A DNA stretch of 64,000 nucleotides. It comes from Armatimonadota bacterium. GTDB taxonomy: Bacteria > Armatimonadota > SYMT01. A program made the translations under genes and the position numbers. The notes below the pieces were generated by a model. That model saw only the letters and a program-made list of their open reading frames with translations, did no database searches and was not told the origin of the DNA. The number at the start of each line of letters is the position of its first letter. Within the stretch, counting starts at the first letter, position 1. The stretch is from NCBI GenBank assembly GCA_041690135.1, contig JAWLHY010000004.1:160001-224000 (forward strand), written 5' to 3'. Shown piece by piece: positions 39,995 through 50,145 of the stretch.

Positions 39995-40974
39995 TCCGGG
40001 CATCGGCGCCCGGGCGCTGTGGCCTGGTCGGCAATCCGACGGACGGGTACGGGGGCACGGTCCTTTCCAGCTCGCTCTCGGAACGGGCCACCGTGGAGAT
40101 CCTTCCCGCGGAGGATCTCCGGATCGACGTGTGCGGGTGTGAGGAGTCCATTTCTCACCGGGGAGACCTCGCCCTGAACGGCTCGTACACCGACGTGGCG
40201 AAGGCCGTCTTCACCCTGTTCGACGAGGTGGTCGCCAGCCAGCGGTTCCACCTGCGCGCCCGGACCACGATTCCGATGCACGCCGGCCTGGCAGGTTCCA
40301 CCGCGATGCTCACGGCCATTCTCGGCGCCACGCTGCGGCTGCTGGACGTGCGCCTCAACCCCTACGAGATCGCCGAAACCGTCCGCCACATCGAATTCAA
40401 CCTGATGCACTGCGTGTGTGGGTTCCAGGACCAGTACATGACGGTGTTCGGCGGAGTCAAATGCGTCGATTTCCGCGACAAAGCTCCCACCACGAGCGGA
40501 GAGCCGGTCTACTGCACGGTGGAACCCCTGGAACCCTTCCTGGGCGATCTACCGTTACTATTGGCGAGTACGGGCGTGGAGCGTCACTCCGGCACCGTCC
40601 ATCAGGGCTTCCGCGAACGCTGGATCGAAGGCGATCATGAAGTGCGGGACGGCTACCTCCGGATCGCGCGCCTGGCTCGGGAAGCCAAGAAGGCGCTGCT
40701 CGCGGGAGACTGGGAATGCGTGGGCGCCGCGATGAATGAGAACCACGCCATCCAGCGGAACCTGGGCGGCAGCGGGGAAGCGAACGAGTTGCTCATCTCC
40801 GCCGCACTCGATGCGGGAGCGCTGGGCGCCAAGCTGGCGGGAGCGGGGCACGGGGGCACCATCATCGCGGTCCACGAGGACCTCGGCTATCTCGAGCGCA
40901 GACTGCAGGAAGCGGGAGCGGCGCGCACGCTGCGGGTCGTCCCCTCCGAGGGGCTGGTGGTAGAAGGATTGTGA
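39991..40974 (+). CDS. GHMP sugar kinase (glucuronokinase-like N-terminal motif)
   Basis: APGRCGLVGNPTD, IPMHAGLAGST, GFQDQ and KLAGAGHGG. Confidence 0.85.
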   Translation: MIRASAPGRCGLVGNPTDGYGGTVLSSSLSERATVEILPAEDLRIDVCGCEESISHRGDLALNGSYTDVAKAVFTLFDEVVASQRFHLRARTTIPMHAGLAGSTAMLTAILGATLRLLDVRLNPYEIAETVRHIEFNLMHCVCGFQDQYMTVFGGVKCVDFRDKAPTTSGEPVYCTVEPLEPFLGDLPLLLASTGVERHSGTVHQGFRERWIEGDHEVRDGYLRIARLAREAKKALLAGDWECVGAAMNENHAIQRNLGGSGEANELLISAALDAGALGAKLAGAGHGGTIIAVHEDLGYLERRLQEAGAARTLRVVPSEGLVVEGL

Positions 40975-40999
40975 GTTTCCAGAGAGACTGACCGAGGCT

Positions 41000-41776
41000 A
41001 TGAGCGAGACCGCCGCACCGGCCCCCATCCAACTGAGCCTGATTTTCCCCTGCTACAACGAGGAGACCCGTCTCCCCGCTTCTCTCCAGCGCGTGCGCGA
41101 CTACCTGCGCGACACCGGCCTCACCTACGAGATCCTGATCGTGGACGATGGCGGCACCGATCGCACGACGGAAATCGCGCGGGCCGTGGCGGCCGAGGAC
41201 CCGCACGTGCGCGTGCTGCGCTACGAGCAGAACCAGGGAAAGGGCCATGCCGTTGCCTACGGCGCCCGGCATGCGCGGGGCCAGTGGGTGCTCTTCTCCG
41301 ACGCCGACCTCTCCACCCCCATCGAAGAGATGGAGAGATTGCTGCCCCAACTCGAGCGCGGATACGATATTGTGATCGCCTCGCGGGGCCTCAAGGAGTC
41401 GAAGCTGGTGGTGCGGCAGCCCTGGTACCGGGAGCGGGCGGGCAAGCTGATGAACTTCCTGATCCGCACGCTTTGCGGGCTGAAGTTCGCGGACACCCAG
41501 TGCGGGTTCAAGCTCTTCTCCGCACGGGCCGCGCGCGATATCTTCCCCAACCTGACGGTGAGGGGGTGGATGTTCGACGTGGAGGTGCTCGTCGTCGCGC
41601 AGAGACTGGGCTACACCACTACCGACGTGCCGGTGACCTGGCTCAACTCCGGAGAGTCGCGGGTCAAGCTCCGGCACCTTCCCCGCATCATCCGGGAATT
41701 GGTTCACATCCGGATGCACTGGTTCGGCCGCCAGCCCGCACGCCAGACGCGCGAAGAGGCGGAAGGCGTGGCCTAG
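41000..41776 (+). CDS. GT2 polyprenyl/dolichyl-phosphate glycosyltransferase
   Basis: PCYNE, VDDGGTD, NQGKG, DAD, DTQCGFKLF and FDVE. Confidence 0.92.
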   Translation: MSETAAPAPIQLSLIFPCYNEETRLPASLQRVRDYLRDTGLTYEILIVDDGGTDRTTEIARAVAAEDPHVRVLRYEQNQGKGHAVAYGARHARGQWVLFSDADLSTPIEEMERLLPQLERGYDIVIASRGLKESKLVVRQPWYRERAGKLMNFLIRTLCGLKFADTQCGFKLFSARAARDIFPNLTVRGWMFDVEVLVVAQRLGYTTTDVPVTWLNSGESRVKLRHLPRIIRELVHIRMHWFGRQPARQTREEAEGVA

Positions 41777-41782
41777 GCTCCC

Positions 41783-42583
41783 ATGAACCCCGAAGAATAC
41801 GCGCGGATGCACGCGCTGGAAGACTGGTACTGGTGGTTCGTCTCCCGCCGAGCAGCCGCGGCCCGGTTCCTGCGCGACTACGCGCCGGAGCACCGCCCAC
41901 TCCGCATTCTGGATGCCGGCTGCGGGACAGGGGGCATGCTGGACCTCTTCCGCCAGTGGCCGGACGTGCAGGCCACCGGGGTGGACCTCTCGCCGGACGC
42001 GCTCCACTTCAGCCACAATCGCGGGCACACGCGCCTGGTAGGCGCCGACCTCACCTGCCTCCCCTTCCGTTCCGCGACCTTCGACGTGGTGACGTCCCTC
42101 GACGTGATCGAGCACGTGCCGGATGAAGACCGGGCGGTGGCGGAGATCTCACGCGTGCTGAGCCCCGGCGGCATCCTGGTGGCCAGTGTTCCCGCCTACC
42201 AATTCCTGTGGGGCCCGCATGACGAAGCGCTCCACCACCAACGGCGCTACACCGCCCCCCAGTTCCGCGACGTGATCCAGCGGTCGGGCCTGCGGGTCGA
42301 GAAGGCGACTTACCTGCTCACGCTGCTCTTTCCGCTGGCGGTCGCGGCCCGCCTGGCCCGGCGAAAGGCGAAGCCGGAATCGGCGGCCGCGGCGCTCCCG
42401 CCGGTTTCGCCGTTCTTGAATCGCACGCTCATCGGCCTTCAATCGGTGGAACTGGCCATGGCCCGCGCCGCCTCGCTTCCCTTCGGGCTGAGCATTCTCG
42501 TTATCGCGCGAAAGCCGGTCCCCGCCCGGGTCGTTCCCGCACCGGTGGAAGACGGGGTCCCGGCCCGTGCTGCTCGCTGGTAG
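41783..42583 (+). CDS. Class I SAM-dependent methyltransferase
   Basis: LDAGCGTG, LPF....FD, LDVIEH and HD...HH.RRY. Confidence 0.92.
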   Translation: MNPEEYARMHALEDWYWWFVSRRAAAARFLRDYAPEHRPLRILDAGCGTGGMLDLFRQWPDVQATGVDLSPDALHFSHNRGHTRLVGADLTCLPFRSATFDVVTSLDVIEHVPDEDRAVAEISRVLSPGGILVASVPAYQFLWGPHDEALHHQRRYTAPQFRDVIQRSGLRVEKATYLLTLLFPLAVAARLARRKAKPESAAAALPPVSPFLNRTLIGLQSVELAMARAASLPFGLSILVIARKPVPARVVPAPVEDGVPARAARW

Positions 42584-42597
42584 TTAGGGCGCGAGCG

Positions 42598-42783
42598 CTA
42601 ATCGATCGCGTTGTGCAGGGCCTTCTTCACCTTGCCGACACCCTGCTGCAGCTTACCCTCGGCCTGCTTCTGCTTCCCTTCCGCGTCGTGGACCTCATCG
42701 TCCGTGAGGTCGCCGTACGCGTCCTGGATCCGGCCTTCCATCTCCTTCAGCTTGCCCTTAGCTTCGTCCTGGTGAACTTTCAT
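42598..42783 (-). CDS. csbD: CsbD family general stress protein
   Basis: KGKLKEMEGRIQDAYGDLTDD....EGK..Q.EGKLQ..VG.VK pattern. Confidence 0.88.
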   Translation of the reverse strand: MKVHQDEAKGKLKEMEGRIQDAYGDLTDDEVHDAEGKQKQAEGKLQQGVGKVKKALHNAID

Positions 42784-42834
42784 CGCTTCCCCCGTTGTGG
42801 ACGGCACAAAAGCCTCTTACCACGTTGCTGGGTA

Positions 42835-42860
42835 TTACCCCGGCCGCATGGGCGACAAAC
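42835..42860 (-). promoter_or_regulatory. SigB/SigF-type promoter of csbD
   Basis: Minus strand reads GTTT-gtcgcccatgcggccg(16)-GGGTAA. Confidence 0.65.
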
Positions 42861-42862
42861 AG

Positions 42863-43480
42863 CTAGGGAGGAGCGGGAGTGCGGTTGAAGCGGTTCATGG
42901 CGGCCTCGAGCCCCTCTGCCAGGATCACTTCGACGGCGTCCGCCGCACGGTCCAGGGCCGAATCGATCAATGGCTCCTCCGTGCGGTCGAAACGACCCAG
43001 CACGTAGTCGACCGTCGTCACTCCGGCCGGTGGACGTCCTACGCCGATGCGGACGCGGGGGAACTCCTCGGTGCCGAGAGAGTGGATGAGGCTTTTCAGA
43101 CCGTTGTGGCCGCCGGCGGAGCCCCGGGGACGAATACGGATGCGTCCCACAAGCAACTCCAGGTCATCCGTCACCACAATCACCTGGGCGGCTTGTAGAC
43201 CGGTCAACTGCCGGAGGGGCTCGACGCTCTCACCGGAGAGGTTCATGTAGGTGACCGGCTTCACGAGAGCGACCGGAAGCTCTCCCAGGCGCCCCGTACC
43301 GTAAAGGGCGCGGTGCACCACACGCTGGACTTCGATCCCGTGCCGTGCGGCGAGGCGGTCCACCAGCGCAAACCCCACGTTGTGGCGCGTACCCGCGTAC
43401 TCCGCACCGGGATTACCGAGCCCCACCACCAGGAACCGCACCGGCTCGGTCGGACGGCGGCGGATAAACGGAAATCGCAT
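42863..43480 (-). CDS. pth: Peptidyl-tRNA hydrolase
   Basis: VGLGNPG..Y..TRHNVGF, KP.TYMNLSG, GGHNGLKS and RIGVGRP. Confidence 0.97.
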   Translation of the reverse strand: MRFPFIRRRPTEPVRFLVVGLGNPGAEYAGTRHNVGFALVDRLAARHGIEVQRVVHRALYGTGRLGELPVALVKPVTYMNLSGESVEPLRQLTGLQAAQVIVVTDDLELLVGRIRIRPRGSAGGHNGLKSLIHSLGTEEFPRVRIGVGRPPAGVTTVDYVLGRFDRTEEPLIDSALDRAADAVEVILAEGLEAAMNRFNRTPAPP

Positions 43481-43505
43481 CAGGGTTCCGGCCGGTCCGG
43501 CAAGG

Positions 43506-44528
43506 TCAGATGTTGGGCAGGAAAAGCTCGCTCACGCTCGCCCCGCGGTGAATCCGGTCGATAGCCTCGGCGAGTAAAGGCGCCACGCTCAGGCAGACGA
43601 ACTTCGCGGGGAAGCTTCCCGGGTCGTGGTAAATCGAATCGGTGAGGATCACCTTCTCGATCGCTTCACAGGTGTCGAGCCGTTCAATAGCGGGACCGGA
43701 AAAGACCCCGTGCGTACAGCAGACGATAACTCGCTCCGCCCCCTGCTGCTTCAGCACGTCGACTCCCCCCACGATGGAGCCGCCCGTGTCGATCATATCG
43801 TCGATGACCACGCAGGTCTTCCCCTGCACATCGCCCACCACGCTGATGACTTCGCTGCGGTTGGGCTCCGGCCGGCGCTTCGCGATGATCGCGAGCCCCG
43901 CCTGAAGCTGCTGCGCCAGCGACTGCGCGCGCCCCACTCCACCAACGTCCGGCGAAACGACGACTACGTTGTGGTCACAGACTCCCTGGTTAACCAGGTA
44001 GTCCGCGATGAGCGGCCCGCCGTAGAGGTGGTCCACGGGCAGGTTGAAGAAACCCTGAATCTGCTCGACATGGAGGTCCAGCGCGAGGACTCGGCTGGCG
44101 CCCGCGTGCGTGATCATGTCGGCCACCAGCCGTGCGGTAATCGGCTCGCGCGGCTTGACCTTCTTGTCCTGCCGAGCGTAGCCGTAATACGGCATCACCA
44201 CCGTGATGCGCTCCGCCGAAGCCCGGCGGATGGCATCCAGGATGATCAGCAGTTCCATGATGTGCTCGTTGACCGGCCGCGTGGTAGGCTGGATCACGAA
44301 GGCGTCCATCCCCCGGAGACTCTCGTCGATCTTCACCCGCACTTCACCATCGCTGAAGCGGGTCAGGAGCATCTGCGAGAGATCGGTGTCCAGGCATTGA
44401 GCGATGGCTTGGGCCAGGGGTCGGTTGGCGCCACCCGACAGGATGCGGAGGTTATCGGTACGCAAAGGTCGGCCTCTCAGCTTTGGGACTCTTACCGTCC
44501 CCTGGGAACTGCGGATTGAGTCTATCAC
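43506..44528 (-). CDS. prs: Ribose-phosphate pyrophosphokinase (alternative TTG start at 44465)
   Basis: FSDGE, PYYGYARQD, DLH, SPDVGG and DDMIDTGG. Confidence 0.97.
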   Translation of the reverse strand: MIDSIRSSQGTVRVPKLRGRPLRTDNLRILSGGANRPLAQAIAQCLDTDLSQMLLTRFSDGEVRVKIDESLRGMDAFVIQPTTRPVNEHIMELLIILDAIRRASAERITVVMPYYGYARQDKKVKPREPITARLVADMITHAGASRVLALDLHVEQIQGFFNLPVDHLYGGPLIADYLVNQGVCDHNVVVVSPDVGGVGRAQSLAQQLQAGLAIIAKRRPEPNRSEVISVVGDVQGKTCVVIDDMIDTGGSIVGGVDVLKQQGAERVIVCCTHGVFSGPAIERLDTCEAIEKVILTDSIYHDPGSFPAKFVCLSVAPLLAEAIDRIHRGASVSELFLPNI

Positions 44529-45685
44529 TCGGCTCTTTCGGGCGTCAATGCAGGCACGGTCGCGGCGCGCACTCCGAACCGGAAGGCCGAGAAACGGCCC
44601 AGGTCCAGTCCGGGATCCCGACCGGTCGCCAGTTGCGCCGCGATCTGCCCCAGAAGCACCGTGAACTTAAACCCGTGACCCGACAGGCCCCCCACGTAAA
44701 CCACCCGCGGCTCTTCCGGCACCCGGTCCACGATAAAGTCCGTATCGGGCGTCATCGTGTAAAGGCAGACCTTGCTGTAGGTCACTTCGCCGGTGGCGTC
44801 CGGTAGGCGCCGCTCCATATAACGGCGAAGGACGGTGTTGTCCTCATCCGCTGGCTCGCGACCGGGTTGGTCCGGGTCAATAGGTTCTCCGGGATGGTGC
44901 CAGGCCACCTTGGCGCCGGGGATGCCGTCGTGCTCGGGAAAGCCGTAGAACTGCGTGCCGAAGTCGATCCAGACCGGGAAGCGGTCCGCACCGAAGGCCT
45001 CCCGGTTGGTGCGGACCGCAAAGTGGGCGTATTGCTGCCGGGTGACCGTGAGCGGCAACTCCACCCACGGAGCCAGGAGGGGCGCGGTCCAGGGGCCCGC
45101 CGTCACCACCACGGCATCGAACTCCAGCCACTCCCCTTCCGCCCGCACCCGCACCCCTCCGGTCGCCGGCTCCAGGGCCTCTACCGTCGCTTCTTCCCGC
45201 AGATCCGCGCCGTGGGCCACCGCTCCCCGGGCGTTCGCCAGGACGCAGCGAGAGGCGCGCAGCAGGCCGCTTTCCGGCTCGAACACGGCATACTCTTCGG
45301 GGGAAAGACGGAAGGGAGAAAACCGCTCCTGCACCTCACGCCGGGAGAGGCGGGCATAGGGAACTCCCACTTCCTGGAGCGCCGCCTCGGTGGCAGTCAT
45401 TTCCGGGTCCCCCTCGGGACCGAAGAAGAGACCACCACAGCGCAGGAAGAGCGATTCACCGCTCTCGCGTTCGAGTTGGTCCCACAGGGGGTAAGCCTGG
45501 TTCATGAGAGAGGCATAGAGCGCATCGGGGTACACCTTGCGGATGATGCGCGATCCCCCGTAAGAGCTGCCGCGGTCGTGGTCCAGGCGAAACCGTTCGA
45601 ATCCGACTACCCGGTGCCCCGCGGCAGCCAGGAAACGCGCCGCAGCCGTACCCACTCCCCCCTGACCCAACACCGCAACCTTCAT
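44525..45685 (-). CDS. solA: Monomeric sarcosine oxidase / N-methyltryptophan oxidase family flavoprotein
   Basis: GQGGVG, GSSYGGSRIIR, CLYTMTPD (covalent FAD Cys) and SGHGFKF. Confidence 0.88.
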   Translation of the reverse strand: MKVAVLGQGGVGTAAARFLAAAGHRVVGFERFRLDHDRGSSYGGSRIIRKVYPDALYASLMNQAYPLWDQLERESGESLFLRCGGLFFGPEGDPEMTATEAALQEVGVPYARLSRREVQERFSPFRLSPEEYAVFEPESGLLRASRCVLANARGAVAHGADLREEATVEALEPATGGVRVRAEGEWLEFDAVVVTAGPWTAPLLAPWVELPLTVTRQQYAHFAVRTNREAFGADRFPVWIDFGTQFYGFPEHDGIPGAKVAWHHPGEPIDPDQPGREPADEDNTVLRRYMERRLPDATGEVTYSKVCLYTMTPDTDFIVDRVPEEPRVVYVGGLSGHGFKFTVLLGQIAAQLATGRDPGLDLGRFSAFRFGVRAATVPALTPERAE

Positions 45686-45762
45686 CTTCGTCTCTCCAAA
45701 CTGCTTCCACGTTGAGCGATCCCCCTTGTGAGGGTACAATAGCGAGCGCTGGAAGGAAAGCT

Positions 45763-46455
45763 ATGCAGGTTCTGACCTACAACATCGCCGGCAACCGGGG
45801 CCGCAATCGGCCCGATTACCTCGAACGCATCGCCGAGTTGATCCTCTCCACGGATGCCGACGCCGTGGGCCTTCAGGAAGTCGTCCATCACCCCGGAGAA
45901 GTACACCCCGAGTTGATCCTGGCCCGGCTCACCGGCATGCACGTCCAGTTCCTGGCCGCGCACCACACCCGGCACCGGGTGCTGGGCAACGCGGTCCTGA
46001 CCCGGGAAACGATCACCGGCGCCCGGGCCTACCAGTTACCCGGCCGATTCCCCGAGCCCCGGATGGTGTTGGAGGCGATCACCGAGGTAAACGGTCGGCA
46101 GGTCAGCATCTTCAATACCCACCTGGTCCATCTCTCCCTGGCCGGGCGCGGTATCCGGCGGCGGCAGGCCGCGGAAGTCGCCCGGTTGATGTCCGAATGC
46201 CCCAACCCGCACGTGCTGGTGGGGGACCTGAACGCCAGCCCGCACGCCCACGAGCTCCACTCCGTGCGAAAGCTCAGCGCCCGCCACGACCACCATCACG
46301 GTCTCCGCTCCTGGCCGGCCCACCGGCCCATGATCCAATACGACCATATCTGGCCCGGCCCCGGCTGGGAGATCGAACAGATCCACACCCTCGACCCTCA
46401 CGTGTCGGACCACCGGCCCGTGTTCGCCCGGCTGAAATGGCGGAGCGAAGGTTGA
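45763..46455 (+). CDS. Endonuclease/exonuclease/phosphatase family protein
   Basis: TYNI, LQEV, GNAVL, NTHL, GDLN, DHI and SDHRP. Confidence 0.92.
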   Translation: MQVLTYNIAGNRGRNRPDYLERIAELILSTDADAVGLQEVVHHPGEVHPELILARLTGMHVQFLAAHHTRHRVLGNAVLTRETITGARAYQLPGRFPEPRMVLEAITEVNGRQVSIFNTHLVHLSLAGRGIRRRQAAEVARLMSECPNPHVLVGDLNASPHAHELHSVRKLSARHDHHHGLRSWPAHRPMIQYDHIWPGPGWEIEQIHTLDPHVSDHRPVFARLKWRSEG

Positions 46456-46680
46456 AGGGCCTTCGGCCGATCAGGATAAGGATAAGGACTACGATTAGGA
46501 GTCCCGCCCCAGGACGAGTTCCCTGGCCAGGGGGCTGGCCACGTCGCTTACTGGATCTGCTGCGGAAGTCTGGCACTTCGACGAGAGGCTCAACCGACTT
46601 GGAGAAGTTGCTGCGGGTCTATCTCTCCTCGCCATGACCTATCGTCTCCGTTGCCTAAATGCTTACACCCGAGGGATGGC

Positions 46681-46755
46681 CGAACGCCCGGACGTTTACC
46701 CCCCACAGGGGACCTGAACACCCGAACACCCGAACACCCGAACACCTGAACACCC
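46681..46755 (+). repeat. GTTTAC-hairpin plus (GAACACCC)n element
   Basis: GTTTACCCCCCACAGGGGACCT followed by GAACACCC tandem copies. Homologues at 55721-55786 (+), 49871-49952 (-) and, degenerate, 36958-37005. Confidence 0.75.
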
Positions 46756-46783
46756 CTCCCGGCGGACGGGACGTCCGCGCTCC

Positions 46784-47926
46784 CTAAGGGCCAATGCCCA
46801 GCACCCCCCGATACACCTCGGCGGTCTTAGCGGCGACTACGGGCCAGCTTCGTTCATGGGCGAACTTTCCGGCGGCGGCGGAGAGCTGCTTGCGAGCACT
46901 GGCGGACGCGAGGAGAAACCCCAGCCGCTCGGCCAGGGAGCGGTCGTCTCCGGTTTCGAAGAGCTCGATACACTGACCCTGGTCGTAAATGTCCCGGAAA
47001 CAGTCGAGATCCGACGCCAGGACCGGTTTCGCGTAGCTGAGCGCCACCATTACGGAATAGCTGCTGTTCGCCGCCGTGTGCGGCACCAGCACCACATCGG
47101 AGAGCGCCATCACCACGGCGATCTGCCGCTCATCCAGGTACCCCGTAATCACGGCCCGCTGGTTGAGCCCACGCGCCCGGAGAGTGTTGCGCAGCCGTTC
47201 CATGTAGGTGCGCTCATGCTCGACGCGGGTCCCGCCGGCGATCACCAGCTTGACGGCGGGCGGCAGGCTGCCGAGCGCCTCCAGTGCCACCTCATACCCC
47301 TTGTCGGGGTTCACATAACCGAAGATGGTTACGACCTTCCGTCCCTCCAGATCCAGCCGGGCGCGCGTGGCGGCCAGTTCCGCGTCCGTGGGCGGCGCTT
47401 CATCCCGGGTGGGCGTTCCCCAGGGGATCACGTGGACCCGCTCCTTGCGGATGCCTCGCCGGAGCAACTTTTCACGCGCTCGGGGGTTGGGAACGATGAT
47501 CGCCTCGGCCCGAGCAAAGGGAGCCCGTTCCAGCGTGGCGACGTAAGGGGGATAGCGAGACAGCAAGCCCTTGGCGAGGCGCTGCCGCGGCCGGCGCTCC
47601 TCCGCCAGACGCAGTAGTTCCGCGGCAGTGAACAGCGTGTGCGGCGTCACCACCAGGGGTCGACGCAACTGGCGGTAGTAATCGGGCAGCGTAGACGATC
47701 GGGGGATAATCCCACCGAAGAAGGTGTATTCATGCTGGAGGTGGACCAGGTCGGCCGCGTTGAGGCGCTCCAGGCGCTCCGCCATCCGCGCGGAATCCCG
47801 ATCGGTGTAGGGGACCGGCACTACTTCCACCTCGACCCCCAGACGGCGCAACTCAGCGACCAGATCGGCGGTGTAAGCGGCGATCCCGCAGCGCGTTTCC
47901 CAGCTTGTCCACATCGCCACTTTCAC
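46784..47926 (-). CDS. Glycosyltransferase family 4
   Basis: RCGIAAY, HLQHEY, FGYVNPDKG and SYAKPVLASD. GTG start overlaps the prmC stop (GTGA). Confidence 0.88.
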   Translation of the reverse strand: MKVAMWTSWETRCGIAAYTADLVAELRRLGVEVEVVPVPYTDRDSARMAERLERLNAADLVHLQHEYTFFGGIIPRSSTLPDYYRQLRRPLVVTPHTLFTAAELLRLAEERRPRQRLAKGLLSRYPPYVATLERAPFARAEAIIVPNPRAREKLLRRGIRKERVHVIPWGTPTRDEAPPTDAELAATRARLDLEGRKVVTIFGYVNPDKGYEVALEALGSLPPAVKLVIAGGTRVEHERTYMERLRNTLRARGLNQRAVITGYLDERQIAVVMALSDVVLVPHTAANSSYSVMVALSYAKPVLASDLDCFRDIYDQGQCIELFETGDDRSLAERLGFLLASASARKQLSAAAGKFAHERSWPVVAAKTAEVYRGVLGIGP

Positions 47927-48771
47927 GGCTTCGCCCTCGCCAGCACCACGCGTGGAATCCCCGCCAGATCGGGCAGGATCTCCGGCTCCAGCCACCGTCC
48001 GCTCCGTCGAACCCGTTCCGCCACGTCTTCCGCCTGCCCGGCCCCAACCTCCATGGCCAGGAGCCCCTCTGGGGACAGCAAATCCGGAGCTTCCGCTACG
48101 AGCGGGAGAATGACGTCCAGTCCCGCGGCGCCGCCGTCGAGCGCCAGCCGGGGCTCGAAGTGGAGCAATTCCGGGGCCAGCCGGCCTACCTCTTGGGTCG
48201 GGATATAGGGCGGATTGCTGACCACCGCGTCGAACCGACCCAGCCCGCGCGCCGCTTCCGGAAAGGCGCCCTCGACGATCCGTACCCGCGCGCCGAAGCC
48301 GAGCTTCTCCACGTTCCGCCGGGCGATCGCCGCGGCTGCGGACGAGATCTCCAGGCCGGTGATCTCCGCGAACGGCAGCAGGTGCGCCAGGCCCGCGCAA
48401 ATACAGCCACTGCCGGGGCCTACCTCCAGAACCCGCGCGCCCGGCGGCAGCCGGGCTGCTGTGGCCTCGACCAGCAATTCGGTTTCGGGGCGGGGAATGA
48501 GCACCCCCGGTCCCACCTCGAACGACATCCCCAGGAACTCCCACCGGCCCAGGAGATACGGCAACGGCTCGCGCGACGCGCGCCGGGCGACGAGCGCCTC
48601 ATATTCTTCCGCCGCGCCGGCCGGAAGGAGATCCGGCAGGTGCGCCGCCAGATAGGTTCGATCTTTCCCGAGCACATGCGCCAGGAGAAGTTGCGCATCC
48701 AGCAGCGGGCTCTCCACACCGGCTTGCTCCAGCCGGACTCGGGCCAGGGCGAGTGCCTCCCGGAGCGTCAC
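47923..48771 (-). CDS. prmC: Release factor glutamine methyltransferase
   Basis: REPLPY, LIPRPETE, NPPYI and EPRLALDGG. Confidence 0.96.
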   Translation of the reverse strand: MTLREALALARVRLEQAGVESPLLDAQLLLAHVLGKDRTYLAAHLPDLLPAGAAEEYEALVARRASREPLPYLLGRWEFLGMSFEVGPGVLIPRPETELLVEATAARLPPGARVLEVGPGSGCICAGLAHLLPFAEITGLEISSAAAAIARRNVEKLGFGARVRIVEGAFPEAARGLGRFDAVVSNPPYIPTQEVGRLAPELLHFEPRLALDGGAAGLDVILPLVAEAPDLLSPEGLLAMEVGAGQAEDVAERVRRSGRWLEPEILPDLAGIPRVVLARAKP

Positions 48772-48788
48772 TTGATTCGCTCTTGGAA

Positions 48789-49865
48789 TTAAGAAGACCC
48801 GTCCTGGTCGGCCAGGCGGTTCGCCTCATCCCAGGTGCGCAGGGACTCCACGATCTCGTGGATGTCGCCGTCCAGCACGCTGTCGAGACGGTTGATCAAC
48901 GTCAGGCCGTTGCGGTGGTCCGTAATCCGGTTCTGCTGGAAGTTGTAGGTCCGGATCTTATCGCTGCGGTCCCCACTCGCCACCTGGGACTTGCGCTGAT
49001 CGTAGATCTCCTTGTTGCGCTCGGCCAGCTCGATATCGTAAAGACGCGCGCGCAGCATCCGGAGCGCCTTCTCCTTGTTCTGAAGCTGGGAGCGCTCGTC
49101 CTGACAGCCGACGACGAGACCGCTGGGTTTGTGGGTGAGCCGGACGGCGGTCTGGTTCTTCTGGACATTCTGCCCCCCCGCGCCCTGGGAGAGGGTGTAC
49201 TGCCACTCCAGGTCGCCGGGATTGATGTGCACTTCCACCTCGTCCACTTCCGGCATCACCGCCACCGTGGCGGCGGAGGTGTGGATCCGGCCGCCGCTCT
49301 CGGTGACCGGCACCCGCTGCACGCGGTGCGGCCCACCTTCCCACTTGAGATGGCTGTAGGCGCCCTTACCCTTGATGGCGAGAATGACCTCCTTATAGCC
49401 GCCGATACCGGTTTCGGTGGCCGACATCATCTCGGCCTTCCACCCCATCCGTTCGGCGTAGCGGGTGTACATCCGCATCAACTCACCCGCGAAGAGGGCC
49501 GCTTCCTCGCCGCCCGTTCCGGCCCGGATCTCCACCATCACGTCCTTCTCGTCATGGGGGTCCTTCGGCAGGAGCAGCAGCTTCAACTCGCGCTCCATCT
49601 CCTCGCGCTGCGCTTCGGAAGCGTGCAGTTCTTCTTCGGCCATCTGGCGGACTTCGGGGTCCGGGTCCTTCATCAGTTCCCGCGCTTCCTCGATGCCCCG
49701 GCGCAGCGCCTTGAACTCGCGCCACTTGGTCACCAGTGGCTCTAGCTCCGAATGCTGGATGGCCGTCGACTGCAGCCGCTGGCTGTCCGAAACGACGTTC
49801 GGGTCGGATAATTCCTGGCTCAGGCGATCGTACCTGGCCTCAACTTCGTCTAGTTTGTCCCACAT
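48789..49865 (-). CDS. prfA: Peptide chain release factor 1
   Basis: EIRAGTGGEEA, HRVQRVPVTE (PxT), GGQ and IRTYNF. Confidence 0.97.
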   Translation of the reverse strand: MWDKLDEVEARYDRLSQELSDPNVVSDSQRLQSTAIQHSELEPLVTKWREFKALRRGIEEARELMKDPDPEVRQMAEEELHASEAQREEMERELKLLLLPKDPHDEKDVMVEIRAGTGGEEAALFAGELMRMYTRYAERMGWKAEMMSATETGIGGYKEVILAIKGKGAYSHLKWEGGPHRVQRVPVTESGGRIHTSAATVAVMPEVDEVEVHINPGDLEWQYTLSQGAGGQNVQKNQTAVRLTHKPSGLVVGCQDERSQLQNKEKALRMLRARLYDIELAERNKEIYDQRKSQVASGDRSDKIRTYNFQQNRITDHRNGLTLINRLDSVLDGDIHEIVESLRTWDEANRLADQDGSS

Positions 49866-50145
49866 AAAATTTCAGGTGTTCGGGTATTCAGGTGTTGGAC
49901 GCTGGGCCTTGGGCATTGATGCCCCCCGGTGAGGGGTAAACGTTGGGCATTCACACCCATCGTCGCGTGGCAGGTACGCAGCTAGCGGGACTGGTCGTTG
50001 ATACCGCTTTGTGATGCCGGCCTTTGGTCTCGCACCTCATTATCCTTATCGTAATCCTGATCCTCATCGGGCCGAAGGCCGAAACAGGCGTAGGGGTCGG
50101 GAGGCTGTGCCCCCGACCCCCGACTCACTTACCCCGGCCAGCTTG

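Noticed and set aside
47927-48544. N-terminal extension of the 586-aa ORF (apparent fusion to GT4)
   Set aside because: It overlaps prmC in another frame. The GT4 gene most likely starts at GTG 47926.
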